DNA of 64,000 nt, from positions 21,573 to 85,572 of the forward strand of contig CAYZNM010000013.1 of NCBI GenBank assembly GCA_964479875.1, read 5' to 3'. The stretch is from an uncultured Eubacteriales bacterium. GTDB lineage: Bacteria > Bacillota > Clostridia > Monoglobales > CAYZNM01. The position numbers and the translations under genes were made by a program. Under the pieces are notes generated by a model. That model had not been told where the DNA came from, made no database searches, and saw only the letters and a program-made list of their open reading frames with translations. Below are positions 55,573-64,000 of the stretch, one piece after another (within the stretch, counting starts at the first letter, position 1; the number at the start of each line of letters is the position of its first letter).

Positions 55573-57351
55573 TCATTCCACGTACCATTTAGCTTGTGCG
55601 CGGTACATTTTCGCGTACAGGCCGTCGTGCGAAATTAGCTCGGCGTGGCTTCCGTCCTCGACAATTCTGCCCTTGTCGAACACAAGCACGCGGTCAACCA
55701 CGCTTGTGATACCTAGTCTGTGAGAGATGAGGATTGTCGTTTTGTCGCCTGTTAGCTGCGTGAAGTTGCGGTAGATTCCGGCTTCGGCGATTGGGTCTAG
55801 TGCGGCGGTGGGTTCGTCTAAGATGTACACGCGTGCGCTTTTGCGATAGAGTGCCCGAGTTATCGCAACCTTTTGCCACTGTCCGCCCGACAGATTGTTG
55901 CCTTCGTCCGAGAATATGCCAATCATTTCATCTAGCGAATTTTCCTGCCCCTTTATCACTTCGTCGGCGCCTGTGCGATGCGCAAGTTCCAGTATTTCAC
56001 TGCTTTCTCCGGCGCGCGTCGGGTCTGAAATGGTGATGTTGTTGCGTAGGGTGTCTTGATATTGGCAAAAGCTTTGGAATATAACCGAGAGTGATTTGCG
56101 AACCCTTGAGAGGTTTTGCGTTATCTCTGCGCCATTTATTTTTGCGCTGCCGCTTTCGGGCGCATACAATCCGCATAGGAGGTTTACGAAGGTTGATTTG
56201 CCACTGCCGTTTGCGCCTACTATCGCAACCTTTTCGCCCTGCCGAATTTTTATTGAAAGTCCGTCTAATGCTTTAAATTCGCTGTGCGGATAGGTGAAGC
56301 TTACGTTGGCAAACTCAATTTCCGCATTTGCGTAACCTACTTGTGCGTCGTCCAAAACTTCCTTTTCGGTTTCCAATAATTCGAAGAAGTCCTCGATGTA
56401 TTTTGCGTCGGAAAATATGCTGACTGCGTTGATTAGCAGCGTCGTCGTGATGGATTGCAGCTGCCCTGCCGCTGTGACAACTAGCATAAACGCGCCTAGC
56501 CCCTTGGTCGGATTCTGAAATATCTCCCACGCGGCCATCAATATAACTGCCAGATAAACACCATTGCGCAGCAAATCGGCAATGCCGTTGTACAACACAT
56601 GCTTGCGCGTTATTTTATTCTTCTCATTGATAAATATCTCGCCCAAAGCGAACCACTTCGCTTTAAGATACTGATAAAGCCCGAAGAATCGTATCTCCTT
56701 CATGGCTTGATTGGAGCGGCAGGTGTCGGAAAGCTGAAGCGTCAATCGCCCTTCCTTCATCCATTTGGTGCGTCCGCGATATGTTTCGTCCTTTTGCAGC
56801 ATGGACAAAATTACCGACGGAATGCAGGTGACAATCAGCACGGCGACAATCCATATGCTGACCTCCGACAGGATAAATGTTATGCTTGCGAACGAGATTA
56901 TTCCGGCAATCCAACCGAATATGAGCGATACGCTGCCTGCTGTTTTTTCGCCTGCGTAGGTTTTTACGAAGTCTACTCGTTCGCGGAAATCGCCGTGGTT
57001 TTCTATATATTTGTACGGCACGCTTGATAGTAGGTGCAGCATTTGCTCCTTCAAATATCTCTTAATCCGCGCGGAATCCTCGCCGGCATAATAGTTTTGC
57101 GCAAGGGTGAAGAGCGTTTGCAGCGTGTACAGCACGGCTAGTATGCCGAAGGATAGTATAACTGCATTGAGAGTTTCGGGGTTATCGAACAAGGCTTGCA
57201 CGCCGTTTGTAAACGCCGCAAGCCTAAGCGATATGAACATAGGCAGAAATGCGGCGGCGAATCCGAGAATGCTTACGATAAATGACATCGGGCTTTTGAT
57301 TCGCACGCTAAGAGCGACTGCGCGCATAAAATATTTGAATTTACTCATCAC
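55573..57351 (-). CDS. ABC exporter, fused permease/ATPase (type I exporter, half-transporter).
   Basis: Six N-terminal TM helices. NBD with Walker A 'GANGSGKST', signature 'LSGGQWQKV', Walker B 'YILDEPTAALD'. Confidence 0.85.
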   Translation of the reverse strand: MMSKFKYFMRAVALSVRIKSPMSFIVSILGFAAAFLPMFISLRLAAFTNGVQALFDNPETLNAVILSFGILAVLYTLQTLFTLAQNYYAGEDSARIKRYLKEQMLHLLSSVPYKYIENHGDFRERVDFVKTYAGEKTAGSVSLIFGWIAGIISFASITFILSEVSIWIVAVLIVTCIPSVILSMLQKDETYRGRTKWMKEGRLTLQLSDTCRSNQAMKEIRFFGLYQYLKAKWFALGEIFINEKNKITRKHVLYNGIADLLRNGVYLAVILMAAWEIFQNPTKGLGAFMLVVTAAGQLQSITTTLLINAVSIFSDAKYIEDFFELLETEKEVLDDAQVGYANAEIEFANVSFTYPHSEFKALDGLSIKIRQGEKVAIVGANGSGKSTFVNLLCGLYAPESGSAKINGAEITQNLSRVRKSLSVIFQSFCQYQDTLRNNITISDPTRAGESSEILELAHRTGADEVIKGQENSLDEMIGIFSDEGNNLSGGQWQKVAITRALYRKSARVYILDEPTAALDPIAEAGIYRNFTQLTGDKTTILISHRLGITSVVDRVLVFDKGRIVEDGSHAELISHDGLYAKMYRAQAKWYVE

Positions 57352-59167
57352 CTGCCACCTCCGCGTCTTTTTGATACCACTGGGCTTGCTCGTTGAAAAA
57401 TTGAGCGTATAAGCCGTTTTTCGCCATCAGCTCGTCGTGGGTGCCGATTTCGGCAACCTTGCCGCTGTCGAGCAGGATAATCCTGTCGGCAAGCCGCGCA
57501 AAGCCTACGCGGTGGCTGATTAATATTGCGGTACGTCCTTCGATTTTCTCCTTGATGTTGGTGAATTGTTCGAGTTCGGATATGGGGTCGAGCATTGACG
57601 CAGGCTCGTCGAAAATTAAAATGTCCTTGTCGCTCATGTGTGCGCGGGATACAGCGAGTTTTTGCTTCTCACCTCCCGAAAACTCTGCTCCTGTTTCTTC
57701 AATCCATTTGTATATGAAGGTGTCCTTGCCTTTTTCGAGGCGTGATACAAAGCTTGACGCTCCGCCTTTTGTCAGGGCGGCGTTTATCTTTTCATCATCT
57801 GCCACGTGGTCGATGTCGCCGAAGCCGATGTTTTCGCCGATTGGCGAGTGGAATAGGTAGTAGTCTTGGAAAAACGCACCTATTTTGTTTTTGAGGAAGC
57901 CATGCTCCAGTTTTTCGTAGTCGTCGCCGTTGAAGAATAGCTTGCCCGAAAGCGGCTTGTATAGTTGCAGCAGCAGCTTGATGAGCGTGGATTTGCCGCT
58001 GCCGTTTACGCCTACTAATGCGATTGTTTCGCCTTTTTTGATTGACAGCGACACATTGTCAAGTGCAAGCTTGTCACTCTTGTAGGAGTAGGATAGATTT
58101 TTTGTTTCAAATACAATGTCTGATTCCGCGGCCGCCTTTGATTTAGCTTGCGACTGCGTCGGCGCAGGTTTGCGTAAGCCGAATATGCGATACTGCCGCT
58201 CCAACGCGTACATGCCGTGGTCGGTTAGCATTAGCGTGCGCGCTATGCCTGACACCGATGTGAAAATGTTCATGCAGAACGTGTATATCACAAGCAGCAC
58301 TGCCGCCGTCATACTTCCGTTTGCCACAGCGAACAGCGAATAAATCGTCATAGCAGCAAGGAATATGTAAAAGCCAAAGCCGCTGATGAATGTTCGTATT
58401 TCCACAGCGAGATTGTTTTCCACCTCGTAGTTGTATATCGCGGAATATGCTTCCTTCCAATTCTTGATAAGCCGCTCCTTCGACTCGAAAATACGCAGCT
58501 CCTTCGCGTATTCCTGCGAATAGGGCATGTCCTCGTAATGGCCTGCAAGCCGATCCTTGTCGCGAATTTTGTGCCAATTATACCGCAGCTTTTCTACAAA
58601 CACGAGGTTCAGCCAAATAATGCCAATCACATATACAAGCGAAATTACAAATATCAGCTTAGACAAAGTGAACGCGACCGTGAGCAATGACACAAGCCCC
58701 ACGAATTTGCCGAGCAACGTGCAGCAGCCGCTGATTACATCGGTAAGCGAGCCCTCGCGCATTACGCAAGCGTAGTATTCGTCGTTGGTGTCCTTTTTGA
58801 GCAGCTCCTCCATCGAGAAAGTTTGTACGCTGTCCATCAACAATTCCGACATACCGAAGTAATATTTGTTGTACATGACCGAGTAAAGGAACTCGACGTT
58901 GAAGCGATTGGAAAGTCCGATTAACGCTGTGATGATTCCGAACATTACAATCGTCGGCAGTATGTCGTCGAAGCTTCCGCTGCCTGTTGAGATAAAGCTG
59001 TTCAGCGCGGTGATGATTGCTTTGTTGTACGCAAGTGCAATCGCAGGCAGCACCGATATTGCCGACACTAGCAAGCACCACGTAAGCAGCACAACCTTGT
59101 CGACCTTCCACGCAAGCGAAAACGCCCAGACCATTGCTTTGAGCTTGTGCCCTTTGGTTTGATTCAT
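57341..59167 (-). CDS. ABC exporter, fused permease/ATPase (partner half-transporter).
   Basis: TMD plus NBD with 'GVNGSGKST', 'FSGGEKQKL', 'LIFDEPASMLD'. Its stop overlaps the downstream partner's start by 11 nt, which fits a heterodimer. Confidence 0.85.
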   Translation of the reverse strand: MNQTKGHKLKAMVWAFSLAWKVDKVVLLTWCLLVSAISVLPAIALAYNKAIITALNSFISTGSGSFDDILPTIVMFGIITALIGLSNRFNVEFLYSVMYNKYYFGMSELLMDSVQTFSMEELLKKDTNDEYYACVMREGSLTDVISGCCTLLGKFVGLVSLLTVAFTLSKLIFVISLVYVIGIIWLNLVFVEKLRYNWHKIRDKDRLAGHYEDMPYSQEYAKELRIFESKERLIKNWKEAYSAIYNYEVENNLAVEIRTFISGFGFYIFLAAMTIYSLFAVANGSMTAAVLLVIYTFCMNIFTSVSGIARTLMLTDHGMYALERQYRIFGLRKPAPTQSQAKSKAAAESDIVFETKNLSYSYKSDKLALDNVSLSIKKGETIALVGVNGSGKSTLIKLLLQLYKPLSGKLFFNGDDYEKLEHGFLKNKIGAFFQDYYLFHSPIGENIGFGDIDHVADDEKINAALTKGGASSFVSRLEKGKDTFIYKWIEETGAEFSGGEKQKLAVSRAHMSDKDILIFDEPASMLDPISELEQFTNIKEKIEGRTAILISHRVGFARLADRIILLDSGKVAEIGTHDELMAKNGLYAQFFNEQAQWYQKDAEVAGDE

Positions 59168-59236
59168 TTGGCTACATCCTCCAATTTTTATTTATAGTAT
59201 GAAAAATTCCATTGATTTTTGCCTCGTTGTTTTGTA

Positions 59237-59308
59237 GGGGCGCGCATTGCGCGTCCGCGGATAACCCACAAAATCGCGGTAAAACCACGGACGCGCAAAG
59301 CGCGCCCC
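59237..59308. repeat. GC-rich 24-bp imperfect inverted repeat with a 24-nt spacer in an otherwise AT-rich divergent intergenic region.
   Basis: GGGGCGCGCATTGCGCGTCCGCGG (59237-59260) and CCACGGACGCGCAAAGCGCGCCCC (59285-59308) match as reverse complements at 22 of 24 positions. The spacer contains a nested CCGCGG...CGCGG repeat. Confidence 0.75.
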
Positions 59309-59476
59309 GACATGTTTTCGAATATTATGGGTTTATGAAATGAACGTGGATGTTTTATGATTCCGGTTGATATTTTATGTAAAGCGTGCTATAATTTTTG
59401 TGTAGCAAGTGATTTATCAAGATGAAAATTCGGGAGTTGCATTAAATATATTTTTGTTTAAAATTCGGAGGGAATT

Positions 59477-59698
59477 ATGAGGAACAACAGGATTAACAAT
59501 TATGTTGCAGCAGGAATGCTGCTGTTTGCAATAAGCCAATTGGCGACGCGGCTTATTCCTATGCCTGATGGCGCGATTGAATTTGCGAGGGGCGCAGCAA
59601 GCGGCGGATCGCTATTGTTGTTTGCGTTGGGATTTATGCCGAAGCTTCATGCGAAGCTGCGCGGATTTAAGAAGTCATTGGTGTCACGTGCAAAGTGA
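59477..59698 (+). CDS. Small hypothetical membrane protein (73 aa).
   Basis: Two hydrophobic helices. GGAGGG RBS. No family recognised. Confidence 0.3.
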   Translation: MRNNRINNYVAAGMLLFAISQLATRLIPMPDGAIEFARGAASGGSLLLFALGFMPKLHAKLRGFKKSLVSRAK

Positions 59699-59700
59699 CA

Positions 59701-60660
59701 TTACGCAATTGCGAACCCTTGCGACAGTACAGGTTTGTCGGCGACAATCATTTGCCGCAGCCATGACTTGTACTCGCCGTAGGGGTTATTTTCTTTTTGT
59801 GGGTACAGTTTGTCTATGAAGGCATAGACGCATACGCGCCTATACTTTAGCATGAATTGGGAAATTTCGCTCCATCGTGGGTCGAGGGAGAAATGCTGTG
59901 TGTATCCGCGTACGAATTCCGCGAAGAATTGGCGTGCGAAAATGTCGCGGGCGTGTTGGTCGCCGTATGGTATCGTGGAGATGAAGGAATGAAGCGTGAC
60001 TGCGATATCGTAGGCATACCATCCGCATATGCAGTCGTCGAAGTCGAAGATTGTGATGTTTGTGCCGTCGGCGAAAAAGTTGCGGTGGTGTATGTCCGCG
60101 TGGATTACGCCGTAGGTGCTGCTGCTTTTGGGCAGCGCGGCTAATTGTTGCAATAGCGATTGCCGCTGCGCGAAAACTTCCGCGTCGTGTGCGATTGAAT
60201 ATTCGGGTGAAAAGAATATGTCGCTGTCCCATTGGAACGCGGCTTCCTCCTGCATAGTTAGCGTGTAGTGCGAGGATAGCGCGTGCATTTTCCCCATTGC
60301 CGCGCCTACGTTCGCGAACAAATCGTCGTTCCACTGCGAGTTATCTTGTTGATTCGCCAATCCGCCGCGTGCTTTCTCGAATGCTGCAACAATTACACGA
60401 CCTCCGTCTAATTCCGCACATTCGCACACATTGCCGCACAAGCTTGGGATAACGCGCGCAACCTCACTCATGCCATCGGCAAGATAGTGCAGCCAACGCA
60501 GCTCAAACTGCACATGCGCAAGCTTCTCCGCCGAATAATCCGATACGCGCAATATCGCGCCGCCCTCAAGCTCATACATACGATTCGTCGAATTACCAAT
60601 CAACTCTGCATTAATCAAGCCCCTGCCATACAGCTTTCTAGATATGTTGTTTACGTACAT
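59701..60660 (-). CDS. Phosphotransferase-family protein (APH / choline-kinase-like protein kinase fold).
   Basis: 'VIHADIHHRNFFADGTNITIFDFDD' is the Brenner HxDxxxxN catalytic loop plus the D[FY]D/DFG-equivalent motif of the aminoglycoside/homoserine kinase family. Confidence 0.7.
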   Translation of the reverse strand: MYVNNISRKLYGRGLINAELIGNSTNRMYELEGGAILRVSDYSAEKLAHVQFELRWLHYLADGMSEVARVIPSLCGNVCECAELDGGRVIVAAFEKARGGLANQQDNSQWNDDLFANVGAAMGKMHALSSHYTLTMQEEAAFQWDSDIFFSPEYSIAHDAEVFAQRQSLLQQLAALPKSSSTYGVIHADIHHRNFFADGTNITIFDFDDCICGWYAYDIAVTLHSFISTIPYGDQHARDIFARQFFAEFVRGYTQHFSLDPRWSEISQFMLKYRRVCVYAFIDKLYPQKENNPYGEYKSWLRQMIVADKPVLSQGFAIA

Positions 60661-60711
60661 ACATTCCTCATCAAAAAACGGGCGGATATGGAATCCGCCC
60701 TTGATTATATA

Positions 60712-63489
60712 TTACTTCGTTTGCTCTTCGATTGCGTTTATAGTTTCCTCAAGCGATTGCATAGCCTTGCCGAAGCCTTCCCAATCGCCGCTTTGTGACG
60801 CGTCCTTGACCATGGTGAAGTTTGAGATTGCTTGCTCCAGCATTTGCAGCAGTGCCGCGTCTATGATTGGCTGCTCGGTTTCGTCTGTGCCTACATTGGG
60901 TGCGCTCGGAATCGCCACCGCGCCTTTGCCGAACAGGTCGGTCAACGCTTCGGTCAGCGTAGGCCTGGACACAACCTTATCGCCGTAGGCTACGATTATG
61001 CGCTTTAATTCAGGCAGCGCACGCTCGTCCGCGCCGCTGGAAATATACATCGGCTCAACATACAGCAGCGAATCCTTTATAGGAATAACCAAAAGGTTGC
61101 CGCGTACAACCGATGAGCCGCCTTGGCTCCACAGCGTCATTTCCTGGGAAATACTCGGGTCGGTGTCGATGCGGTTCTCGATTTGATATGTGCCGTAGAC
61201 GTTTTCGCCTTCGGGGAAGCGATAGTTCACAAGCTGACCGTAATTATCTGCGCCGCAGCGTACCGCAAGCCACGCCACCATGTTATCCTTGTTCACGAGG
61301 GTGTACGGCATCATCAGCACCAGCTCGGCTTCGTCCGCGCCGTCGATTCCAAGCTTCATCATGTTGTAGTAAGGCGCAACGTTCACCTGTCCATTAGTTT
61401 CGTACTTCTCGCGCGAAACTGCCCACATGCCGCGCTTTTGGTAGAAGTCCTCGACGTCGACGATGTTGTATTTGAGAAGCATGTTGCTTTGCATTGTGAA
61501 GAGGGCTTCGGGATAGCGCATGTGCTTGCGTAAGTCCTCGGGGAAGCTTTCCTTCTCGAACAGGGTCGGGTAGATGTTGGCGTATACTTGCGCTACTTTG
61601 TCGGTTTCGTCGATGATGTAGAACTTGACTGTGCCGTCGTATGCGTCTACCACTGCTTTTACGCTGTTGCGGATATAGTTGATGTTGCTGTATGATTGCG
61701 CGTAGGGGTATGCGTCCGACACTGTGTAGCAGTCGATAACCCACTTTAGTTTGCCGCTGTCGTCGATTACGATTGCGGCATCGTAGTCAGGGTTTAGGAA
61801 TGGCGCGATTTTTTCAACGCGCTCGACTGCGTTGCGGTTTAATAGCAGCTTGCTGTCTTGCTGAATTTGGTCGCTGATTAAGAGGTTTAGGTCGCTGAAG
61901 CGTATCGCGTAGATTAGGCGATTGAGCAGCGTCATGGGTAGACCGCTGCTGCCGCTGTAGCTGTATGCGGCTTCGATTTCATCAAGCTCCTGCCCTTTTG
62001 TGCCGACTATTACGTAGTCGTCGGTGGATTCGCCGTAGTAAATGCGCGGCTGTGTGATTGTTGGTGCGCCTTGGACTGATGATGGGGGAATGTCGCGAAT
62101 GATGTATTGCGGCTGCCCTTGGCTTGTGATTTGGTTGAGGGGGTTCATCACGACGCCCATTCCGTGGGTGTACTTCATCTTTAGGTTGATGTAGTTTTTC
62201 GCGGAAACGTCAAGGCGTTCCTTGTTCATCTCGCGTGCGGATAATGCGACTGCGGTCTTTTCACCGTTGATGTCGTAAATCATGATGTCCATGTCGTTGA
62301 AGGAGTAATAGTTGCGGATAGACTGGACTTGGTTGCTGATTTTAAGCGTCTGCGGGAAGTCGATTATGCGAATGTTGTTGACAGTTTCCGCGTTGTCGAT
62401 TAAATCCTGTTGCGTGAGGTCGTAGGAGATGTTGAGGTTTTTCGTCACCATTTTGTCGAGGTTGAAAGCAGCGCGAGTGTTAGCGATGTTGTACTCGAGG
62501 TAGGGAGCTTCCACCGCGATTTCGTTGGGCGACACTATAAATGTCTGCACAGCTCCTGCGATTACGCCAACTATAACCAACGCCGCAGGGTATAGCGCAA
62601 CAACAATTACCGCCGGAATCAGCTTCTTGCGGAACAAGAAGAATATGCAAAGCAGCACCACGCCCAACAGGAAGTACGGCGCGATTCGGTAGAAGGTGAG
62701 CCACACATTTACATCTGTGTAGCCGCCGCCTTGGAATTGCCCTGTGCGCTTAAATAGAATGCTTTCGGCTGTGAATTTGTACTCGACTGCTTTCAGCGCG
62801 AAAAAGCCGATGATGAGCGTGATTGTGTGGAACACCATGCCGCGCTCCTGCAAAATTGTGCGGAAGGAGAAAAATTCAAGCGAGCGTGCGCCTATCAAGT
62901 ACAGCACAACTGTGATTACGATGAGGAAGAACACAAGCCCTGTCAGCGACTGCACAAGCGTCGTGTAAAAAGGACGCTGGAAAAAGTAGTAGCCTAAATC
63001 CTGTGCGAACAGTGGGTCGGTTACGTCGAATGCGACGCTGTTGAGCGCAGGCAGCACCTTGTCGACTATGCCCGAATACAGAATGTTGCCCACGATATAG
63101 GAGAACACAATAGCAATCGGGACTGTCAGCTTTTTGCTCTTTAAGAGGGAGATATTCGCCCCTCTGCGGGACAAGTACCCCTTGATGAATATCAGGTTGA
63201 TGAAAAACAGCACAAAGCATAGCGCGTACGCGGCAATGCGCGTTATCCACTCCACGCCTATGTTTTTCATAAATATTGACGTAAACTGCTCGCCGATTTC
63301 GGCGTACTGCTGGTACTCGATGTACAAGCCCACGCCTATCACCGCTGCGATTATTAGCAGCGCGACTACACCGATTGCGACCGCAAGCTTCGTCGGAAAC
63401 TTGAAGTCGCGCGCGTCAAAGTTAAAGTTGAAGCCTTGTTCTTCGTTCATGTGATGTCCTTTCGTTTGGTTGATTGGTATTACGCTCAT
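60712..63489 (-). CDS. UPF0182-family large membrane protein.
   Basis: 925 aa. Seven N-terminal TM helices followed by a large soluble region. Architecture and length typical of UPF0182. The internal Met (MNEEQGF) is a possible alternative start. Confidence 0.7.
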   Translation of the reverse strand: MSVIPINQTKGHHMNEEQGFNFNFDARDFKFPTKLAVAIGVVALLIIAAVIGVGLYIEYQQYAEIGEQFTSIFMKNIGVEWITRIAAYALCFVLFFINLIFIKGYLSRRGANISLLKSKKLTVPIAIVFSYIVGNILYSGIVDKVLPALNSVAFDVTDPLFAQDLGYYFFQRPFYTTLVQSLTGLVFFLIVITVVLYLIGARSLEFFSFRTILQERGMVFHTITLIIGFFALKAVEYKFTAESILFKRTGQFQGGGYTDVNVWLTFYRIAPYFLLGVVLLCIFFLFRKKLIPAVIVVALYPAALVIVGVIAGAVQTFIVSPNEIAVEAPYLEYNIANTRAAFNLDKMVTKNLNISYDLTQQDLIDNAETVNNIRIIDFPQTLKISNQVQSIRNYYSFNDMDIMIYDINGEKTAVALSAREMNKERLDVSAKNYINLKMKYTHGMGVVMNPLNQITSQGQPQYIIRDIPPSSVQGAPTITQPRIYYGESTDDYVIVGTKGQELDEIEAAYSYSGSSGLPMTLLNRLIYAIRFSDLNLLISDQIQQDSKLLLNRNAVERVEKIAPFLNPDYDAAIVIDDSGKLKWVIDCYTVSDAYPYAQSYSNINYIRNSVKAVVDAYDGTVKFYIIDETDKVAQVYANIYPTLFEKESFPEDLRKHMRYPEALFTMQSNMLLKYNIVDVEDFYQKRGMWAVSREKYETNGQVNVAPYYNMMKLGIDGADEAELVLMMPYTLVNKDNMVAWLAVRCGADNYGQLVNYRFPEGENVYGTYQIENRIDTDPSISQEMTLWSQGGSSVVRGNLLVIPIKDSLLYVEPMYISSGADERALPELKRIIVAYGDKVVSRPTLTEALTDLFGKGAVAIPSAPNVGTDETEQPIIDAALLQMLEQAISNFTMVKDASQSGDWEGFGKAMQSLEETINAIEEQTK

Positions 63490-63663
63490 TTGGTGTGGCC
63501 GTATGAGCCTTTCTTTCAGCTAATTTTTCCAGCATTTCATTCGCACCTAAATTAATTTCATTGATTATTTCACTTGGCGTCATTTTTATATGTCTACTTG
63601 AATTATTATCTCGAATACGTCGAATATCGTCCATATCAAATCTGTCGCTGACAAAAACATCAT

Positions 63664-64000
63664 TACTCATCATCATAATCCCCTTCTATAAATATTGTCG
63701 GGGAGTAAATTAAAACATCGTGGTAACCCTCCAAAGTTGTTATAACCTTAACCCCTTGCATGGTCTTGTGGTTTACAATATGCTTGAAATTCCATGAAAC
63801 GATAACATCACATTCGGAAATTATAGCAGCCGCAATGTGAGTGCAGTCATCAAAGCTCTTTTGCCTTAATATACCAAAATTAATAAACTTCTCCGCTAAT
63901 TTAATCGTGTTTTCGTCTGCAAATGTAACTTCGTATTCAATTTGATTTAGAACCTGTATTCATAAGCGACGAAGCAAGACGCAGAGATGTGCAACAATCA
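63664..64000 (-). CDS. PIN-domain protein, C-terminal part only (N-terminus lies beyond the window edge).
   Basis: Minus-strand translation of 63664-64000 reads '...FADENTIKLAEKFINFGILRQKSFDDCTHIAAAIISECDVIVSWNFKHI...', a PIN-like D...T/S...D-x-H-[IL]-A pattern. Stop (TAA) at 63664-63666. Confidence 0.4.

Noticed and set aside
1-64000. CRISPR arrays, IS elements, integrases and prophage genes.
   Set aside because: No direct-repeat/spacer periodicity and no transposase, integrase or recombinase motifs were seen in any frame. The only repeats found are the two inverted repeats and the intragenic flotillin periodicity reported above.

Overview
This looks like a chromosomal segment from an anaerobic Firmicutes/Clostridia-type bacterium. 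The evidence is GGAGG-type ribosome-binding sites, an ecfA1-ecfA2-ecfT-truA arrangement, mecA, an rnf operon, a flotillin gene and a glycyl-radical enzyme. GC is about 50%, with one AT-rich gene (a HAD hydrolase). Genes are densely packed on both strands, and no rRNA, tRNA, CRISPR or IS element is visible.

The window reads, in order:
- 21-8041: a mannan/mannooligosaccharide utilisation locus (ABC permease and lipoprotein binding protein, GH130 phosphorylase, GH26 beta-mannanase, GH31).
- 8080-12321: a glycyl-radical enzyme with its radical-SAM activating enzyme, and a divergently transcribed Zn alcohol dehydrogenase.
- 12360-26853: a methyl-accepting chemotaxis protein, then housekeeping genes (rho, ilvD, cvpA, truA, ecfA1/A2/T, a SAM methyltransferase, a pyridoxal-kinase-like gene).
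- 26874-30635: an rnfDGEAB operon with no rnfC and an inserted small acidic ORF.
- 30764-34898: an orphan histidine kinase, an aldo/keto reductase with an Fe-S tail, and a GH32-like hydrolase.
- 34903-39297: an operon of ogg, a glmU-like gene, an MBL-fold hydrolase and a GAF/HD-GYP protein.
- 40227-48091: ychF, araD, an OmpR-type response regulator with a duplicated VOC protein, a DUF378 gene, flotillin, rubrerythrin, a second MBL-fold hydrolase and a HemW/HemN-like radical-SAM protein.
- 48084-55475: an eight-gene minus-strand operon of mecA, a catalytically dead PBP5-like protein, an alpha/alpha-toroid protein, a DUF4430 lipoprotein, ecfT, fused ecfAA, an ECF S component and gtrA.
- 55573-64000: a heterodimeric ABC exporter pair, an APH-like kinase, a UPF0182 membrane protein, and a PIN-domain fragment at the edge.

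The two best candidates for a previously undescribed system are the toroid + DUF4430 pair, which may be a split transcobalamin-like corrinoid-binding module feeding an ECF transporter, and the short Cys-x-Glu glycyl-radical enzyme with its activase and dehydrogenase. Every call here rests on motif reading by eye. No database search was run.
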